Shown: positions 7,897-17,163 of the stretch, piece after piece
How the letters are laid out: the number at the start of each line of letters is the position of its first letter
How positions within the stretch are numbered: position 1 is the stretch's first letter
Assembly: GCA_043823435.1 (NCBI GenBank)
Contig: JBDRAV010000003.1
Coordinates: forward strand, 32,366-96,365
Length of the DNA: 64,000 nucleotides
Source: Candidatus Omnitrophota bacterium
GTDB taxonomy: Bacteria > Omnitrophota > Gorgyraeia > Gygaellales > Profunditerraquicolaceae
Direction: 5' to 3'
Notes under the pieces: model-generated
What the model was told of the DNA's origin: nothing
Database searches by the model: none
Seen by the model: only the letters and a program-made list of their open reading frames with translations
Position numbers and translations under genes: made by a program

Positions 7897-7924
7897 ATTA
7901 TAGCAAAAAAACTTACCTTGTCAA
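7897..7924 (-). promoter_or_regulatory. Sigma70-type promoter TTGACA-16-TATAAT for the FMN riboswitch and rib operon
   Basis: On the plus strand, tgtcaa at 7919-7924 and attata at 7897-7902. The predicted start is a few nt before riboswitch P1. Confidence 0.65.
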
Positions 7925-7946
7925 TAGAATTAAAAGGATTTATAAT
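7918..7946 (+). promoter_or_regulatory. Sigma70-type promoter TTGTCA-17-TATAAT for the CinA-domain gene (near-leaderless)
   Basis: ttgtca at 7918-7923 and tataat at 7941-7946. Only 8 nt separate the -10 box from the ATG at 7955, and there is no SD. Confidence 0.6.
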
Positions 7947-7954
7947 AGGGTCTT

Positions 7955-8416
7955 ATGGAACCCGTTATAAATAAAATACATGAATTTCTCTTAAAAAACA
8001 AGAAAACCATTGCCGTAGCAGAATCCTGCACGGGAGGTGTCTTATCAGGAATGCTCACCAAGACTCCGGGGAGTTCCGGGTATTTCATCCTGGGGATAGT
8101 GGCGTATAGCAACGCGGCAAAGGAGAAGATCCTAAAGATACCTCACCGGCTCATCGCGAAAAAAGGGGCGGTTTCCAGAGAAGTGGCCGAGGGCCTGGCT
8201 CATTCCATAAGAAAGCTTTCTGGAGCTGACTTCGGCATAGGCATAACCGGCATAGCAGGCCCTGCAGGCGGATCAAAAGAAAAGCCGGTAGGTACTGTAT
8301 TTATTGCGGTAGAATCAAAAAATAGAAAAATCTGCCAGCAATTCAACTTCACCGGCACCCGCTCCGCCATACGCAAGAAATCTGCTTTAAAAACATTGGG
8401 ATTGTTAAAAAACTAA
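7955..8416 (+). CDS. CinA C-terminal domain protein / nicotinamide-nucleotide amidohydrolase (PncC-like)
   Basis: 153 aa; ..TIAVAESCTGGVLSGMLT..GIGITGIAGPAGG.. is typical of the CinA/PncC domain. Confidence 0.8.
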   Translation: MEPVINKIHEFLLKNKKTIAVAESCTGGVLSGMLTKTPGSSGYFILGIVAYSNAAKEKILKIPHRLIAKKGAVSREVAEGLAHSIRKLSGADFGIGITGIAGPAGGSKEKPVGTVFIAVESKNRKICQQFNFTGTRSAIRKKSALKTLGLLKN

Positions 8417-8426
8417 TGTAATTATT

Positions 8427-8591
8427 TAGCGGGTAGTAAGGCGTGTTTCGAGCAGCATGTAGTTTATGTGAGCGGCCAAGGCCCGCCCGCTATTTTATAT
8501 ATCAGTAAGAGCGAACAGAAACTTCAAGCGAGGATTTCCTCTGTGGGGAAAGCCGAGCGGTGCTGCGAGAAATACGCATTAACACCCGCTA
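8427..8591 (+). ncRNA. Candidate structured 5' leader element (family 2), copy A, upstream of thpR
   Basis: Closing stem TAGCGGGT/ACCCGCTA (8427-8434/8584-8591). Second stem TCGAGCAGC/GCTGCGAGA has a tandem G.A/A.G (8448-8456/8562-8570). Internal hairpins GGCC-AA-GGCC and GGATTTCC..GGGAAAGCC. A second copy lies at 58567-58733. Confidence 0.5.
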
Positions 8592-8599
8592 AAATAAAT

Positions 8600-9169
8600 A
8601 TGAGAGCATTTATAGCGATTGAATTGCCGCAAGAAATCAAGGATTCATTAGAAAACCTGCAGGAAGAATTAAAAACAGCGCGCTCTGACGTCAAATGGGT
8701 GCGGCCCGAGAACATACATCTGACTATGAAATTCCTGGGCGAAATTAACGATAAACAGCTGGATAAAATCAATGATATCATCGATCAGGCTGTAGAAAAA
8801 AGAAATAGCTTCCGGATGCGTATTTCGTCTCTCGGGGCATTTCCAAAAATAGATTCTCCCCGCGTGATCTGGATAGGCATTGATACGGGCGATAAGGAAG
8901 TTAAAGAAATGGCTGCGGAGCTGGAAGAAAAGATAGCCGAAATCGGGATTTCCAAAGAAGAGAGGCAGTTTTCTTCGCATATAACTATCGGCAGGACAAG
9001 ATCTCCTTTAAACCGGGAAAAGTTGGTTGTGTATATCAAGAATAAAGCTGATTTATGCGGGAAGAATTTAGAATTTTACGTCGGCATGATTACATTATTC
9101 AAAAGCACGCTCACCCCAAAGGGCCCGATCTACGAAGCCTTAAAAAGGGCTAATCTTAAAAATACCTGA
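8600..9169 (+). CDS. thpR: RNA 2',3'-cyclic phosphodiesterase (2'-5' RNA ligase family, ThpR/LigT)
   Basis: MRAFIAIELPQEIK.. with the two H-x-T/S-x motifs HLTMKF and HITIGR. Start moved from the track's 8468 to the ATG at 8600. Confidence 0.85.
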   Translation: MRAFIAIELPQEIKDSLENLQEELKTARSDVKWVRPENIHLTMKFLGEINDKQLDKINDIIDQAVEKRNSFRMRISSLGAFPKIDSPRVIWIGIDTGDKEVKEMAAELEEKIAEIGISKEERQFSSHITIGRTRSPLNREKLVVYIKNKADLCGKNLEFYVGMITLFKSTLTPKGPIYEALKRANLKNT

Positions 9170-9597
9170 AGAATAACATTCGTATAGAGGGCGGCGATAA
9201 TATCATCGCCCATTATCCCGATACTACCGGATAAGTTCTGTACCCTGCGTGCCGGATAAGGCTTCAGGATATCTAAGATACGGAATAGAATAAAGGCCGA
9301 GATTACTAACTTTATATCGTAAGGTATAAATATAAGGCTTAACAGCATCCCGCAAACCTCATCTATCACTATCAAGGGAGAATCCTTTCTATCAAAGACC
9401 CTCTCTGCCCTGCCGCTTACCAGAAACCCCAGGATTATCAGGCCCAAAGTTAACAGCGCATATATAAAGTTATTCTCTTTGACGCTATAGAAGACGAAGA
9501 GAGCCGCAATGCTCGCAAATGTCCCGGGCATTAACGGAAGATAACCGACATAAAAGAAGGTGCTGATTGTCCTGATAATAAAATTCGGTATATTCAT
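9130..9597 (-). CDS. pgpA: Phosphatidylglycerophosphatase A
   Basis: 155 aa membrane protein; FFYVGYLPLMPGTFAS..IVIDEVCGM..KPYP..GIMGDDIIA match the PgpA family. Confidence 0.8.
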   Translation of the reverse strand: MNIPNFIIRTISTFFYVGYLPLMPGTFASIAALFVFYSVKENNFIYALLTLGLIILGFLVSGRAERVFDRKDSPLIVIDEVCGMLLSLIFIPYDIKLVISAFILFRILDILKPYPARRVQNLSGSIGIMGDDIIAALYTNVILQVFLRLALFKAS

Positions 9598-9608
9598 AAA
9601 AAGGAGGG

Positions 9609-10202
9609 CTAGAGCTTGGTGATTATTTTACGGTTCTCCCAAAGATAGTAGAGCCCAGAATAAAGGGTAAGCCCTACGGTAAAAAGCATAATAATATATA
9701 TGCTATTGTGGGAGAAGCGCTCCCAGGCAGGATTCCAGGTAAAGAACGCCTTCATCACTTCTTTTAAAACAATAAACAACAATATATATAATATCGCCGC
9801 CATCTGGGATACCGTCTTATGCTTTCCCGCCTTTGCCGCCGATAATACCTTCCCCTTATTAAGCGCAAAGAGGCGTAGCGACGTAATCAGTATTTCACGC
9901 GACACGATAATTACGAACATCCAGGCGTCTATTAATTGCATCTGGACAAAAACAGTAAATGCCGCCAGTACCAGTATCTTATCCGCGATCGGGTCCATAA
10001 GCTTTCCGAAGTCGGTAACCATATTATTTTTATGCGCGATTCTGCCGTCAAAGAAATCCGATAAAGCGGCAAAGATAAAGATAACCAGGCTCAAAACCTT
10101 CGTCCAAAGAACCCAGATGCCGTTAAAAGGAAACGATATAAAGAATATAAATACAAAAGCAAGAATGATCCTTAATACCGTCAACCTGTTAGCGATATTC
10201 AC
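9609..10202 (-). CDS. pgsA: CDP-diacylglycerol--glycerol-3-phosphate 3-phosphatidyltransferase
   Basis: CDP-alcohol phosphatidyltransferase motif DFFDGRIAHKNNMVTDFGKLMDPIADK; multi-TM; TAG stop. Confidence 0.85.
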   Translation of the reverse strand: MNIANRLTVLRIILAFVFIFFISFPFNGIWVLWTKVLSLVIFIFAALSDFFDGRIAHKNNMVTDFGKLMDPIADKILVLAAFTVFVQMQLIDAWMFVIIVSREILITSLRLFALNKGKVLSAAKAGKHKTVSQMAAILYILLFIVLKEVMKAFFTWNPAWERFSHNSIYIIMLFTVGLTLYSGLYYLWENRKIITKL

Positions 10203-10251
10203 CCTACCCTTCCTTTCATATTCAAACCCCAGCCCTTAGGAAGGACGGGGT

Positions 10252-11511
10252 TCATGACAATGCCTTTCCCACCAGGTCATATTCCAGGGTATCCGTGATT
10301 TCCGCTTTCACAAATCCTCCGGTCTTTAATACCCTGTCGGAGTCCACATAAACCATGCCGTCTACTTCAGGGGCATCGTACTGGCTACGCCCTAAATAAT
10401 AGCCTTTCCCTTTCTCTTCTATTAAAACATCAATGACCTTACCCACGAAGCTCTCATTCACATCCCGGGATATCTCCTGTTGCCGCAGCATAAGGATATC
10501 AAAACGCTCTCTTTTTATCCGTTCAGGGACTTGATCCTTAAAATCATACGCCCTCGTACCGCCTTCCCGGGAATAGATAAATGCACCCAGCCTTTCAAAC
10601 TTCACGTCTGCAATAAAATCCAGTAATTCCTTGAAATCATCGTCTGTCTCGGAAGGAAATCCTACTATTAACGAAGTACGTATTGCGACATTCGGGACCT
10701 TCCTCCTTATTTTGTCGATAACCCGCAAAATAGCGTTTTTGTCCACCTGCCTATTCATCATGCCCAGTATCCGGTTATTTATGTGCTGTAATGGCAGATC
10801 AATGTATTTGCAGATCTTAGGTTCGTTTTTAACCAAATCCAGCAATTCATCTGTGATCCGGGTAGGATATAAATATAAGAGCCTTATCCAGCCGATACCG
10901 GGACTCCTGCCGATTATTTTCTTTAAAAGCCCGGGCAATCCTCTGGTCCGTCCTAAATCCATGCCGTAACCGGTAATATCCTGTCCAACAATATTGATCT
11001 CCGACACCTTGTCTTTATTGAAACTCTCTATTTTACGTAGTATGGAACCTGCATCAAGGCTGGTTAGCCTTCCTTTGATTTTAGGAATAATGCAATAGCT
11101 GCAGTTATTTACGCAACCCTCGCATATCTTCAGGTATGCGTAATGCCGCGGGGTAAGCCGGAAATCAGCAAGGTTGTGGTTCAAAGAAACCTTCCCCACA
11201 AATGCGTCTACTTCCGGAAGCTCCTTATGCAATTCGTCTCTGTAACGCTGGCTTAGGCAACCATAAATGATTATCTTCTTAAGTTTGCCCTTTCTCTTTA
11301 AATCAATGAGTTCCAGTATGGTATCTATTGATTCTATCCTGGCATCTTCTATAAAAGCGCAGGTGTTCACTATCGCCGTATCTGCCTTATCCATCTCTAC
11401 GATACGATGGCCCTTTGAAGCGAGCCTTCCGAGGATATTCTCGGAATCCACCAGGTTTCTCGGACACCCCAGGCTCAGAACCCCTATTTTATTCTTCCCT
11501 TTTACTCTCAT
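10252..11511 (-). CDS. rimO: Ribosomal protein S12 methylthiotransferase RimO (MiaB-family radical SAM)
   Basis: N-terminal SLGCPRNLVDSE, radical-SAM CSYCIIP, C-terminal TRAM-like domain. Confidence 0.75.
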   Translation of the reverse strand: MRVKGKNKIGVLSLGCPRNLVDSENILGRLASKGHRIVEMDKADTAIVNTCAFIEDARIESIDTILELIDLKRKGKLKKIIIYGCLSQRYRDELHKELPEVDAFVGKVSLNHNLADFRLTPRHYAYLKICEGCVNNCSYCIIPKIKGRLTSLDAGSILRKIESFNKDKVSEINIVGQDITGYGMDLGRTRGLPGLLKKIIGRSPGIGWIRLLYLYPTRITDELLDLVKNEPKICKYIDLPLQHINNRILGMMNRQVDKNAILRVIDKIRRKVPNVAIRTSLIVGFPSETDDDFKELLDFIADVKFERLGAFIYSREGGTRAYDFKDQVPERIKRERFDILMLRQQEISRDVNESFVGKVIDVLIEEKGKGYYLGRSQYDAPEVDGMVYVDSDRVLKTGGFVKAEITDTLEYDLVGKALS

Positions 11512-12275
11512 CGCTTTATATTCAGGCCTTCCCTGGTAATCAATATATTCTTGACGGATTGTCCTTTTCTCCCGAGGCCGGATATGCGCTTTCCATTCAC
11601 CTCTAATTCTACTGCTCCAGCATTACCCAGAGAAAGCTCTATTCTATCTTTCGCCTTCCAGCTTTCTGACCTACCCTTCTTCAGGATACTATGAAAAATA
11701 ACCTTGCCGTCTGCTTTCACGTCTATAAAACAATTCTCCCTGGCGTGTATATCAAGGCTTATATTTTTTGCCGCGGGCAACCCTCCTGGCTTGGTTGTTG
11801 TAGCTTTGGCCTGATCCTTACGCGCAACAGCTGCAGGCGCCACAGACTTTTTGGATACACGGCCTGACCTGGAAGAAATAAACCGGCCCAAATTAAATAA
11901 TCCGATAATAAATACGCCTATCAATACAAGCGGGATCACTATCTTTAGTTTTACGCGGATGGCTTTGAATGGAAAGGGGTTAAAGAAACGTATTTTAAAT
12001 GCCGGACGTGATTCTTTCTTAAGTTCAGATACGTATTTAACGGTAGTCTTGTGTTCTTTATAATCCGAAGTAAAATCCCGCGGGTCAACGCCTAAGAATT
12101 GACAGTATATTCTCAGAAATCCTTTTATATAAACGGGGCTAAAATTTATAAGGCTATCATCTTCTATCGCTTTAAGTATATCCAGATGGATTTTGGTCTT
12201 CTTGTGCGCTTCCTCAAGGCTTAACCCCTTTTGTAAACGCAAATTCTTAAGTTTTGCTCCAGTTGATTCCGTCAT
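11508..12275 (-). CDS. rodZ: RodZ-like cytoskeleton protein (HTH domain, one TM, DUF4115-type C-terminus)
   Basis: XRE-type HTH KLKNLRLQKGLSLEEA, a TM segment IVIPLVLIGVFIIGLF, and a beta-rich C-terminal domain. Overlaps both neighbours by 4 bp. Confidence 0.65.
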   Translation of the reverse strand: MTESTGAKLKNLRLQKGLSLEEAHKKTKIHLDILKAIEDDSLINFSPVYIKGFLRIYCQFLGVDPRDFTSDYKEHKTTVKYVSELKKESRPAFKIRFFNPFPFKAIRVKLKIVIPLVLIGVFIIGLFNLGRFISSRSGRVSKKSVAPAAVARKDQAKATTTKPGGLPAAKNISLDIHARENCFIDVKADGKVIFHSILKKGRSESWKAKDRIELSLGNAGAVELEVNGKRISGLGRKGQSVKNILITREGLNIKR

Positions 12276-14446
12276 TCTCCGCTCTCCTGCGGCATTATCT
12301 CATTTTCAAGCCATGCCTCTCTGTCAATCAGGATCCTGCGCGGCTTACTGCCTTCAAACGGACCGATAACGCCCTCCTGCTCCATCATGTCGATAATACG
12401 GGCGGCGCGCGTATAGCCTAGGCGCAGTCGTCTCTGCAATATCGATACCGATGCCTGCCCGCTCTCCATGATCACCTTAACCGCTTCATCGTAAAAATCG
12501 TCTTTTTCCCCGTTGACAAGAGTGGACTTCTGCTGTTCTTTTAATATCTCTTCATCGTAAAGCGGTTGCGCCTGAGACTTGATAAAATCCACTATTCCGT
12601 CAATCTCTTTGTCGTTAAGCAGGGACCCTTGGGCACGTATTAATTTCGACTCACCCGGACGCAAAAATAACATATCGCCTCTGCCTAAAAGTTTATCCGC
12701 TCCGTTCATATCCAATACTGTGCGCGAGTCCACTTTTGAAGCTACCTTAAAGGATATGCGCGCAGGAAAATTCGCCTTGATCACTCCTGTGATCACGTCC
12801 ACCGAAGGCCTCTGCGTAGCCAGGATCAAATGTATGCCTACAGCGCGCGAAAGCTGCGCCAGGCGCGTAATCGCGCTCTCGATCTGGTCGCGCGCCACAG
12901 TCATCAGGTCAGCAAGCTCATCGATAATAACCACAATATAGGGAAGCTTTTCCTGCTTCTGGTTGTAGGCTTCGATATTCCTCACCCCCACTTTAGCCAA
13001 AAGCTGATAACGCTCCTCCATCTCATTTACCACCCAATTAAGGGCAACAGATGCCTTCTTGGCGTCAGTCACCACAGGGCATAAAAGATGCGCCAGCCCG
13101 TTAAAAGGCGCCAACTCCACCATCTTAGGGTCAACCATAAGAAATTTTAATTCGTTCGGGGTTGATTTGAAAAGCATGGATAAGATCAAACAGTTCATAC
13201 ACACGGTTTTACCTGAACCGGTTGTGCCTGCAATCAAAAGATGAGGCATATCCCCAAGATCATCCACCACGGGCTGTCCTGAAATATCCTTTCCCAGGGC
13301 AAGAGTCAATTTCGATTCTGATTTTTGAAATTCCGTAGATGCCAGGACCTCTTTTAAATAAACAAAACTGCTCTGCGTATTAGGGACCTCAACCCCTACC
13401 CTCCCCTTTCCCGGTATAGGCGCCACTATTCTCACCGACTGCGCCTTCATGGCCAGGGCGATATCGTCGCCTAAAACCACGATACGGTTCAGCTTAACTC
13501 CCGGAGCGGGCTCCAGTTCATAACGCGTGATTATAGGCCCCCGTTCGATATCGGTAACTTTAACTGAAATGCCAAAATCATCCAGGGTATCTTCGAGAAT
13601 ACGGGCATTAGCAGCAAGGTCATCCTTTATCTGCCTCGCTTCGAAGGGAGGAGGCGATTCTAATAAATCAAGGGAGGGTAAATGATAGTCGCCGATCTTT
13701 ACCTCCTGAGGCTTCACATTAACCGCTTCCGCAGGCGCCTTAGTTTTTATTTTGATCTTAGGTTGAGACAATACCGCGGGTTTAACGGACACTGACTCAG
13801 CCATTTTCTGCTTTACTGTTGAGACCAAAGACCCATTGGGCTCTTTTTTCTCCGGGGATGCCGGCTTTATTAACACCCTTTTGGGTTTAAACTTAAAACT
13901 TAATACCGGTTTGAACACGAAATGGGCTTTATTTACAATATTCTGGAATAGTGATGAAATCAATATCTCGGTGACTAATGCGAGAGACAAAATAATAAAA
14001 GTAAAGAATATGATGAATCCGCCTAATCTGCTGAAATACGCGGTAATAAAATTAGAAACAACCGCCCCCAGGACCCCTGAATAATAAATCCTGATATGCT
14101 CATTCCTTAAATTGAACATACCGATAAGCGCCGCAATCGATAACAACAGTATCAACAAGCCCAGGACTCTGGGAATGTTTAAATAAGGAGTCTCTTGTCT
14201 AAAGAATTTTATTCCTAATAAAATAATGAATAAAGGGATCAGAAAAGCGGTGGGCCTTCCAAATAAAGATACGATTGCACCGCCAAGATATGCGCCAAAT
14301 AAACCTAAAAGATTATGTTCCGGATTGGGAGGGTAGCCGAAAAACGGGATTTCGTACAGGTCAACCTTGATCAGACTGGCCAGAACCATCAGGCCTGCGG
14401 CTACAAAGATAATGCCGCGGAGTTCATTTAACCTTCGCTCTTTCAC
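12272..14446 (-). CDS. ftsK: DNA translocase FtsK
   Basis: N-terminal TM segments, Walker A GTTGSGKT, and a C-terminal gamma domain SVSILQRRLRLGYTRAARIID. Confidence 0.9.
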   Translation of the reverse strand: MKERRLNELRGIIFVAAGLMVLASLIKVDLYEIPFFGYPPNPEHNLLGLFGAYLGGAIVSLFGRPTAFLIPLFIILLGIKFFRQETPYLNIPRVLGLLILLLSIAALIGMFNLRNEHIRIYYSGVLGAVVSNFITAYFSRLGGFIIFFTFIILSLALVTEILISSLFQNIVNKAHFVFKPVLSFKFKPKRVLIKPASPEKKEPNGSLVSTVKQKMAESVSVKPAVLSQPKIKIKTKAPAEAVNVKPQEVKIGDYHLPSLDLLESPPPFEARQIKDDLAANARILEDTLDDFGISVKVTDIERGPIITRYELEPAPGVKLNRIVVLGDDIALAMKAQSVRIVAPIPGKGRVGVEVPNTQSSFVYLKEVLASTEFQKSESKLTLALGKDISGQPVVDDLGDMPHLLIAGTTGSGKTVCMNCLILSMLFKSTPNELKFLMVDPKMVELAPFNGLAHLLCPVVTDAKKASVALNWVVNEMEERYQLLAKVGVRNIEAYNQKQEKLPYIVVIIDELADLMTVARDQIESAITRLAQLSRAVGIHLILATQRPSVDVITGVIKANFPARISFKVASKVDSRTVLDMNGADKLLGRGDMLFLRPGESKLIRAQGSLLNDKEIDGIVDFIKSQAQPLYDEEILKEQQKSTLVNGEKDDFYDEAVKVIMESGQASVSILQRRLRLGYTRAARIIDMMEQEGVIGPFEGSKPRRILIDREAWLENEIMPQESGE

Positions 14447-14452
14447 TTTTAA

Positions 14453-16516
14453 TTATTTTTCCTCTGCCTGCTTTTTGCTTAAATTGATCCTGCCTAATTC
14501 ATCTATCCCCGTGACCTTGACCTTTACCTCATCTCCTATCTTAACCGCATCTTCTACATTCTTTACGAAAGTGGCGGATAACTCAGAGACGTGCACCAGG
14601 CCTTCCTTGCCAGGGGCGATCTCGCAAAAAGCTCCGAACGGCATTATGCGCTTTACCTTGCCTATATATACGCGGCCGACCTCGATATCATCGGTTATCG
14701 CTTTTATCATATCGATCGCGGCTTTGGATTTTGAAGCTTCATTGGAAGCAATCAGTACGCTCCCGTCATCCTGGATATCAATGCTTGCGCCTGTCGTAGC
14801 GATGATCTTCTTTATATTCTTGCCTCCCGGGCCGATAAGCGCACCAATCTTCTCCGTGTTCACCTTGATGATCTCTATGCGCGGGGCCTGGGCGGACAAC
14901 TCATGGCGCGGTTCTGCTATCGCCTCTTTCATTTTGCCCAGAATGAATGCCCTTGCCTCCTTTGACTGCAAAAGGCATCTGTTTAGCAAATCCAGGTCGA
15001 TACCGTCTATCTTTAAGTCTAACTGTATCGCGGTGATGCCGGCCTTTGTCCCTGCAACCTTAAAATCCATATCCCCGAAGTGGTCCTCAAGGCCGGTGAT
15101 ATCGGTTAAAATAACCGCCTTTTTATCATCTTTTATAAGGCCTAAAGCGACCCCGCCTACCGCATCTTTTATAGGCACACCGGCATCCATTAATGACAGG
15201 GTTGCCGCGCATACCGTAGCCATGCTCGAAGAACCGTTAGACTCTAAAATCTCTGAGACTACCCTTATGGTATAAGGGAATTTCTCTTTAGAAGGCATAA
15301 CCGCAAGGAGAGACTTTTCGGCTAAAGCGCCGTGTCCTATCTCGCGGCGGCCCGGGCCGCGCACAGGGCGGGTCTCGCCCACGCTAAAAGGAGGAAATGT
15401 GTAATGCAGCATAAATGTTTTATTCTTTTCTCCTTCTAATGCCTCAATAAGTTGTTCGTCTTCACCCGTTCCCAGGGTAGTAACGGCTAAACTTTGCGTC
15501 TGTCCGCGCGTAAAAAGGCTTGAGCCATGGGTGCGCGGCAATACAGGAACATCACAGGTAATATCGCGGATATCCTTGAAACCGCGTCCGTCTATACGCA
15601 CATTCTCATTTAATATTTTATTGCGCACCTGCATCTTTTCTACCTCAACCAGGGCCGCTTTGATATCCTCGGCTAAATATCCGTCAGGAGTGAGTTTTAA
15701 TTCCAGCTCTTTGGATAACAAATCTATTTCTTCCTCGCGCTCTTCCTTTTTGCTTAACTTGTAGACTTCCTTTAGTTTCTCCACCGATAATTCCTCTACT
15801 TTATCCCTTAAGGCAGATTCTATCTTTTTGCATTCAACGGTTGCTTTTGGCTTGCCGTATTTATGCGTGAACTCTTTCTGCAGTTGGAGTATGCCCTTGA
15901 GTTCATCGGAACAGAATTTAAGCGCCTCCATGACCGATTCCTCGGATACCTCTTTGGACTTAGCCTCGAGCATTACAATGCCCTTATTGTTAACAACCAC
16001 AACTATATCCAGATCCGATTTCTCAAGCTGTTCATAGGTAGGGTTAATGACCATCTGGTTATCCACGCGCCCCACGCGGCAGCACGCCAAGGGCCCGTTA
16101 AAAGGGATATCGGATATTGACAGAGCCGCTGATGCGCCTATTACCGCAAAGATATCAGGGTCGTTTTCACCGTCGCTAGACAGGACGATAGCCATAACCT
16201 GGACGTCATTAAGGAACCCTTCAGGAAAAAGCGGGCGTATCGGCCGGTCAATAAGGCGCGCGGTCAAGATCTCGCTTTCAGAAGGCCTGCCCTCTCTCTT
16301 GAAAAAGCCGCCCGGTATCTTGCCTGCGGCATATGTCTTCTCCTGATACTCTACGGTTAGAGGAAAAAACCCCTGCCCCTCTTTGACTTCCCTGGACATG
16401 CAAGCAGTAGCCAGCACCACGGTGCCTCCGTACTGGACGACAACCGAGCCGTTAGCCTGTTTAGCCATCTTTCCGGTTTCAAGGATTAATTCGTTATTAC
16501 CAAATTTATTTTTCAT
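14453..16516 (-). CDS. pnp: Polyribonucleotide nucleotidyltransferase (PNPase)
   Basis: 687 aa with two RNase PH domains, KH and S1 domains; downstream of rpsO as usual. Confidence 0.95.
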   Translation of the reverse strand: MKNKFGNNELILETGKMAKQANGSVVVQYGGTVVLATACMSREVKEGQGFFPLTVEYQEKTYAAGKIPGGFFKREGRPSESEILTARLIDRPIRPLFPEGFLNDVQVMAIVLSSDGENDPDIFAVIGASAALSISDIPFNGPLACCRVGRVDNQMVINPTYEQLEKSDLDIVVVVNNKGIVMLEAKSKEVSEESVMEALKFCSDELKGILQLQKEFTHKYGKPKATVECKKIESALRDKVEELSVEKLKEVYKLSKKEEREEEIDLLSKELELKLTPDGYLAEDIKAALVEVEKMQVRNKILNENVRIDGRGFKDIRDITCDVPVLPRTHGSSLFTRGQTQSLAVTTLGTGEDEQLIEALEGEKNKTFMLHYTFPPFSVGETRPVRGPGRREIGHGALAEKSLLAVMPSKEKFPYTIRVVSEILESNGSSSMATVCAATLSLMDAGVPIKDAVGGVALGLIKDDKKAVILTDITGLEDHFGDMDFKVAGTKAGITAIQLDLKIDGIDLDLLNRCLLQSKEARAFILGKMKEAIAEPRHELSAQAPRIEIIKVNTEKIGALIGPGGKNIKKIIATTGASIDIQDDGSVLIASNEASKSKAAIDMIKAITDDIEVGRVYIGKVKRIMPFGAFCEIAPGKEGLVHVSELSATFVKNVEDAVKIGDEVKVKVTGIDELGRINLSKKQAEEK

Positions 16517-16568
16517 TAGATTATCCTGTATATTTATATTCCGTTATTAGGACCGATAAAAGACGGAT

Positions 16569-16847
16569 TTATTTTCTCAAGTTAAGTTTTTCTATAACTT
16601 CTTCGTATTTCTTGACATCCCTGTCCTTGAGATAATTGAGGAGCCTGCGGCGCCTTCCTACCATTATAAGAAGCCCGCGGCGAGAATGGAAATCCTTCTT
16701 GTGATATTTAAAATGGCCCGAGAGGTTACTGATCCTTTCGGTCAATATCGCTACCTGGACTTCGGCTGAACCGGTATCCCTGGAATGAACCTTAAAGCTG
16801 TCGATAATCTCTTTCTTTTTCTCTTTAAGCAAAACCAACTCATTCAC
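16569..16847 (-). CDS. rpsO: 30S ribosomal protein S15
   Basis: ..[40 protein letters not shown].. Confidence 0.95.
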   Translation of the reverse strand: MNELVLLKEKKKEIIDSFKVHSRDTGSAEVQVAILTERISNLSGHFKYHKKDFHSRRGLLIMVGRRRRLLNYLKDRDVKKYEEVIEKLNLRK

Positions 16848-16873
16848 CTCCTTTTGTAAATTATTTTGAAATA

Positions 16874-16902
16874 TTATAGCTCACTTTATCTTATAAGTCA
16901 AT
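16874..16902 (-). promoter_or_regulatory. Sigma70-type promoter TTGACT-17-TATAAT for rpsO-pnp
   Basis: On the plus strand, agtcaa at 16897-16902 and attata at 16874-16879, with a 17-nt spacer. Confidence 0.65.
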
Positions 16903-16922
16903 ATAATATGGTATTAATTTTA

Positions 16923-17120
16923 TTACTTTGATTTTAAGTTATCCCAGATAAAAATAATAAATTTCCCTAAAAGCCAGATCGCGAATATTATAAAAAGAAA
17001 GCCCGCTATGACCCTCAGGGACAAGCCCAGCACTATGATTAAGGGGAAAAGCAGTGCCCCGATACCCGCAAGGACTGCCACGGCTATAAGAAAAGTCAAA
17101 CCTACCAGGAATGCCTTCAT
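16923..17120 (-). CDS. Small hydrophobic membrane protein (65 aa), function unknown
   Basis: Three hydrophobic stretches (FLVGLTFLIAVAVLAGIGALLFPLIIVLGL..). No recognisable family. Confidence 0.4.
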   Translation of the reverse strand: MKAFLVGLTFLIAVAVLAGIGALLFPLIIVLGLSLRVIAGFLFIIFAIWLLGKFIIFIWDNLKSK

Positions 17121-17163
17121 GGTCTCATGCCTCCTCTCTTATTTCATGTCAACGGTAATCTAT

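Noticed and set aside
14367-15275. Long plus-strand ORFs in the track, for example 14367-15275 (302 aa), 6142-6720, 30996-31583, 9700-10239 and 60047-60580.
   Set aside because: Each is fully nested antisense to a well-supported, motif-bearing minus-strand gene (pnp, ribBA, trpD, pgsA, ruvB). Each has the S/P/I/L-rich low-complexity composition typical of shadow ORFs. I found no RBS or independent support.
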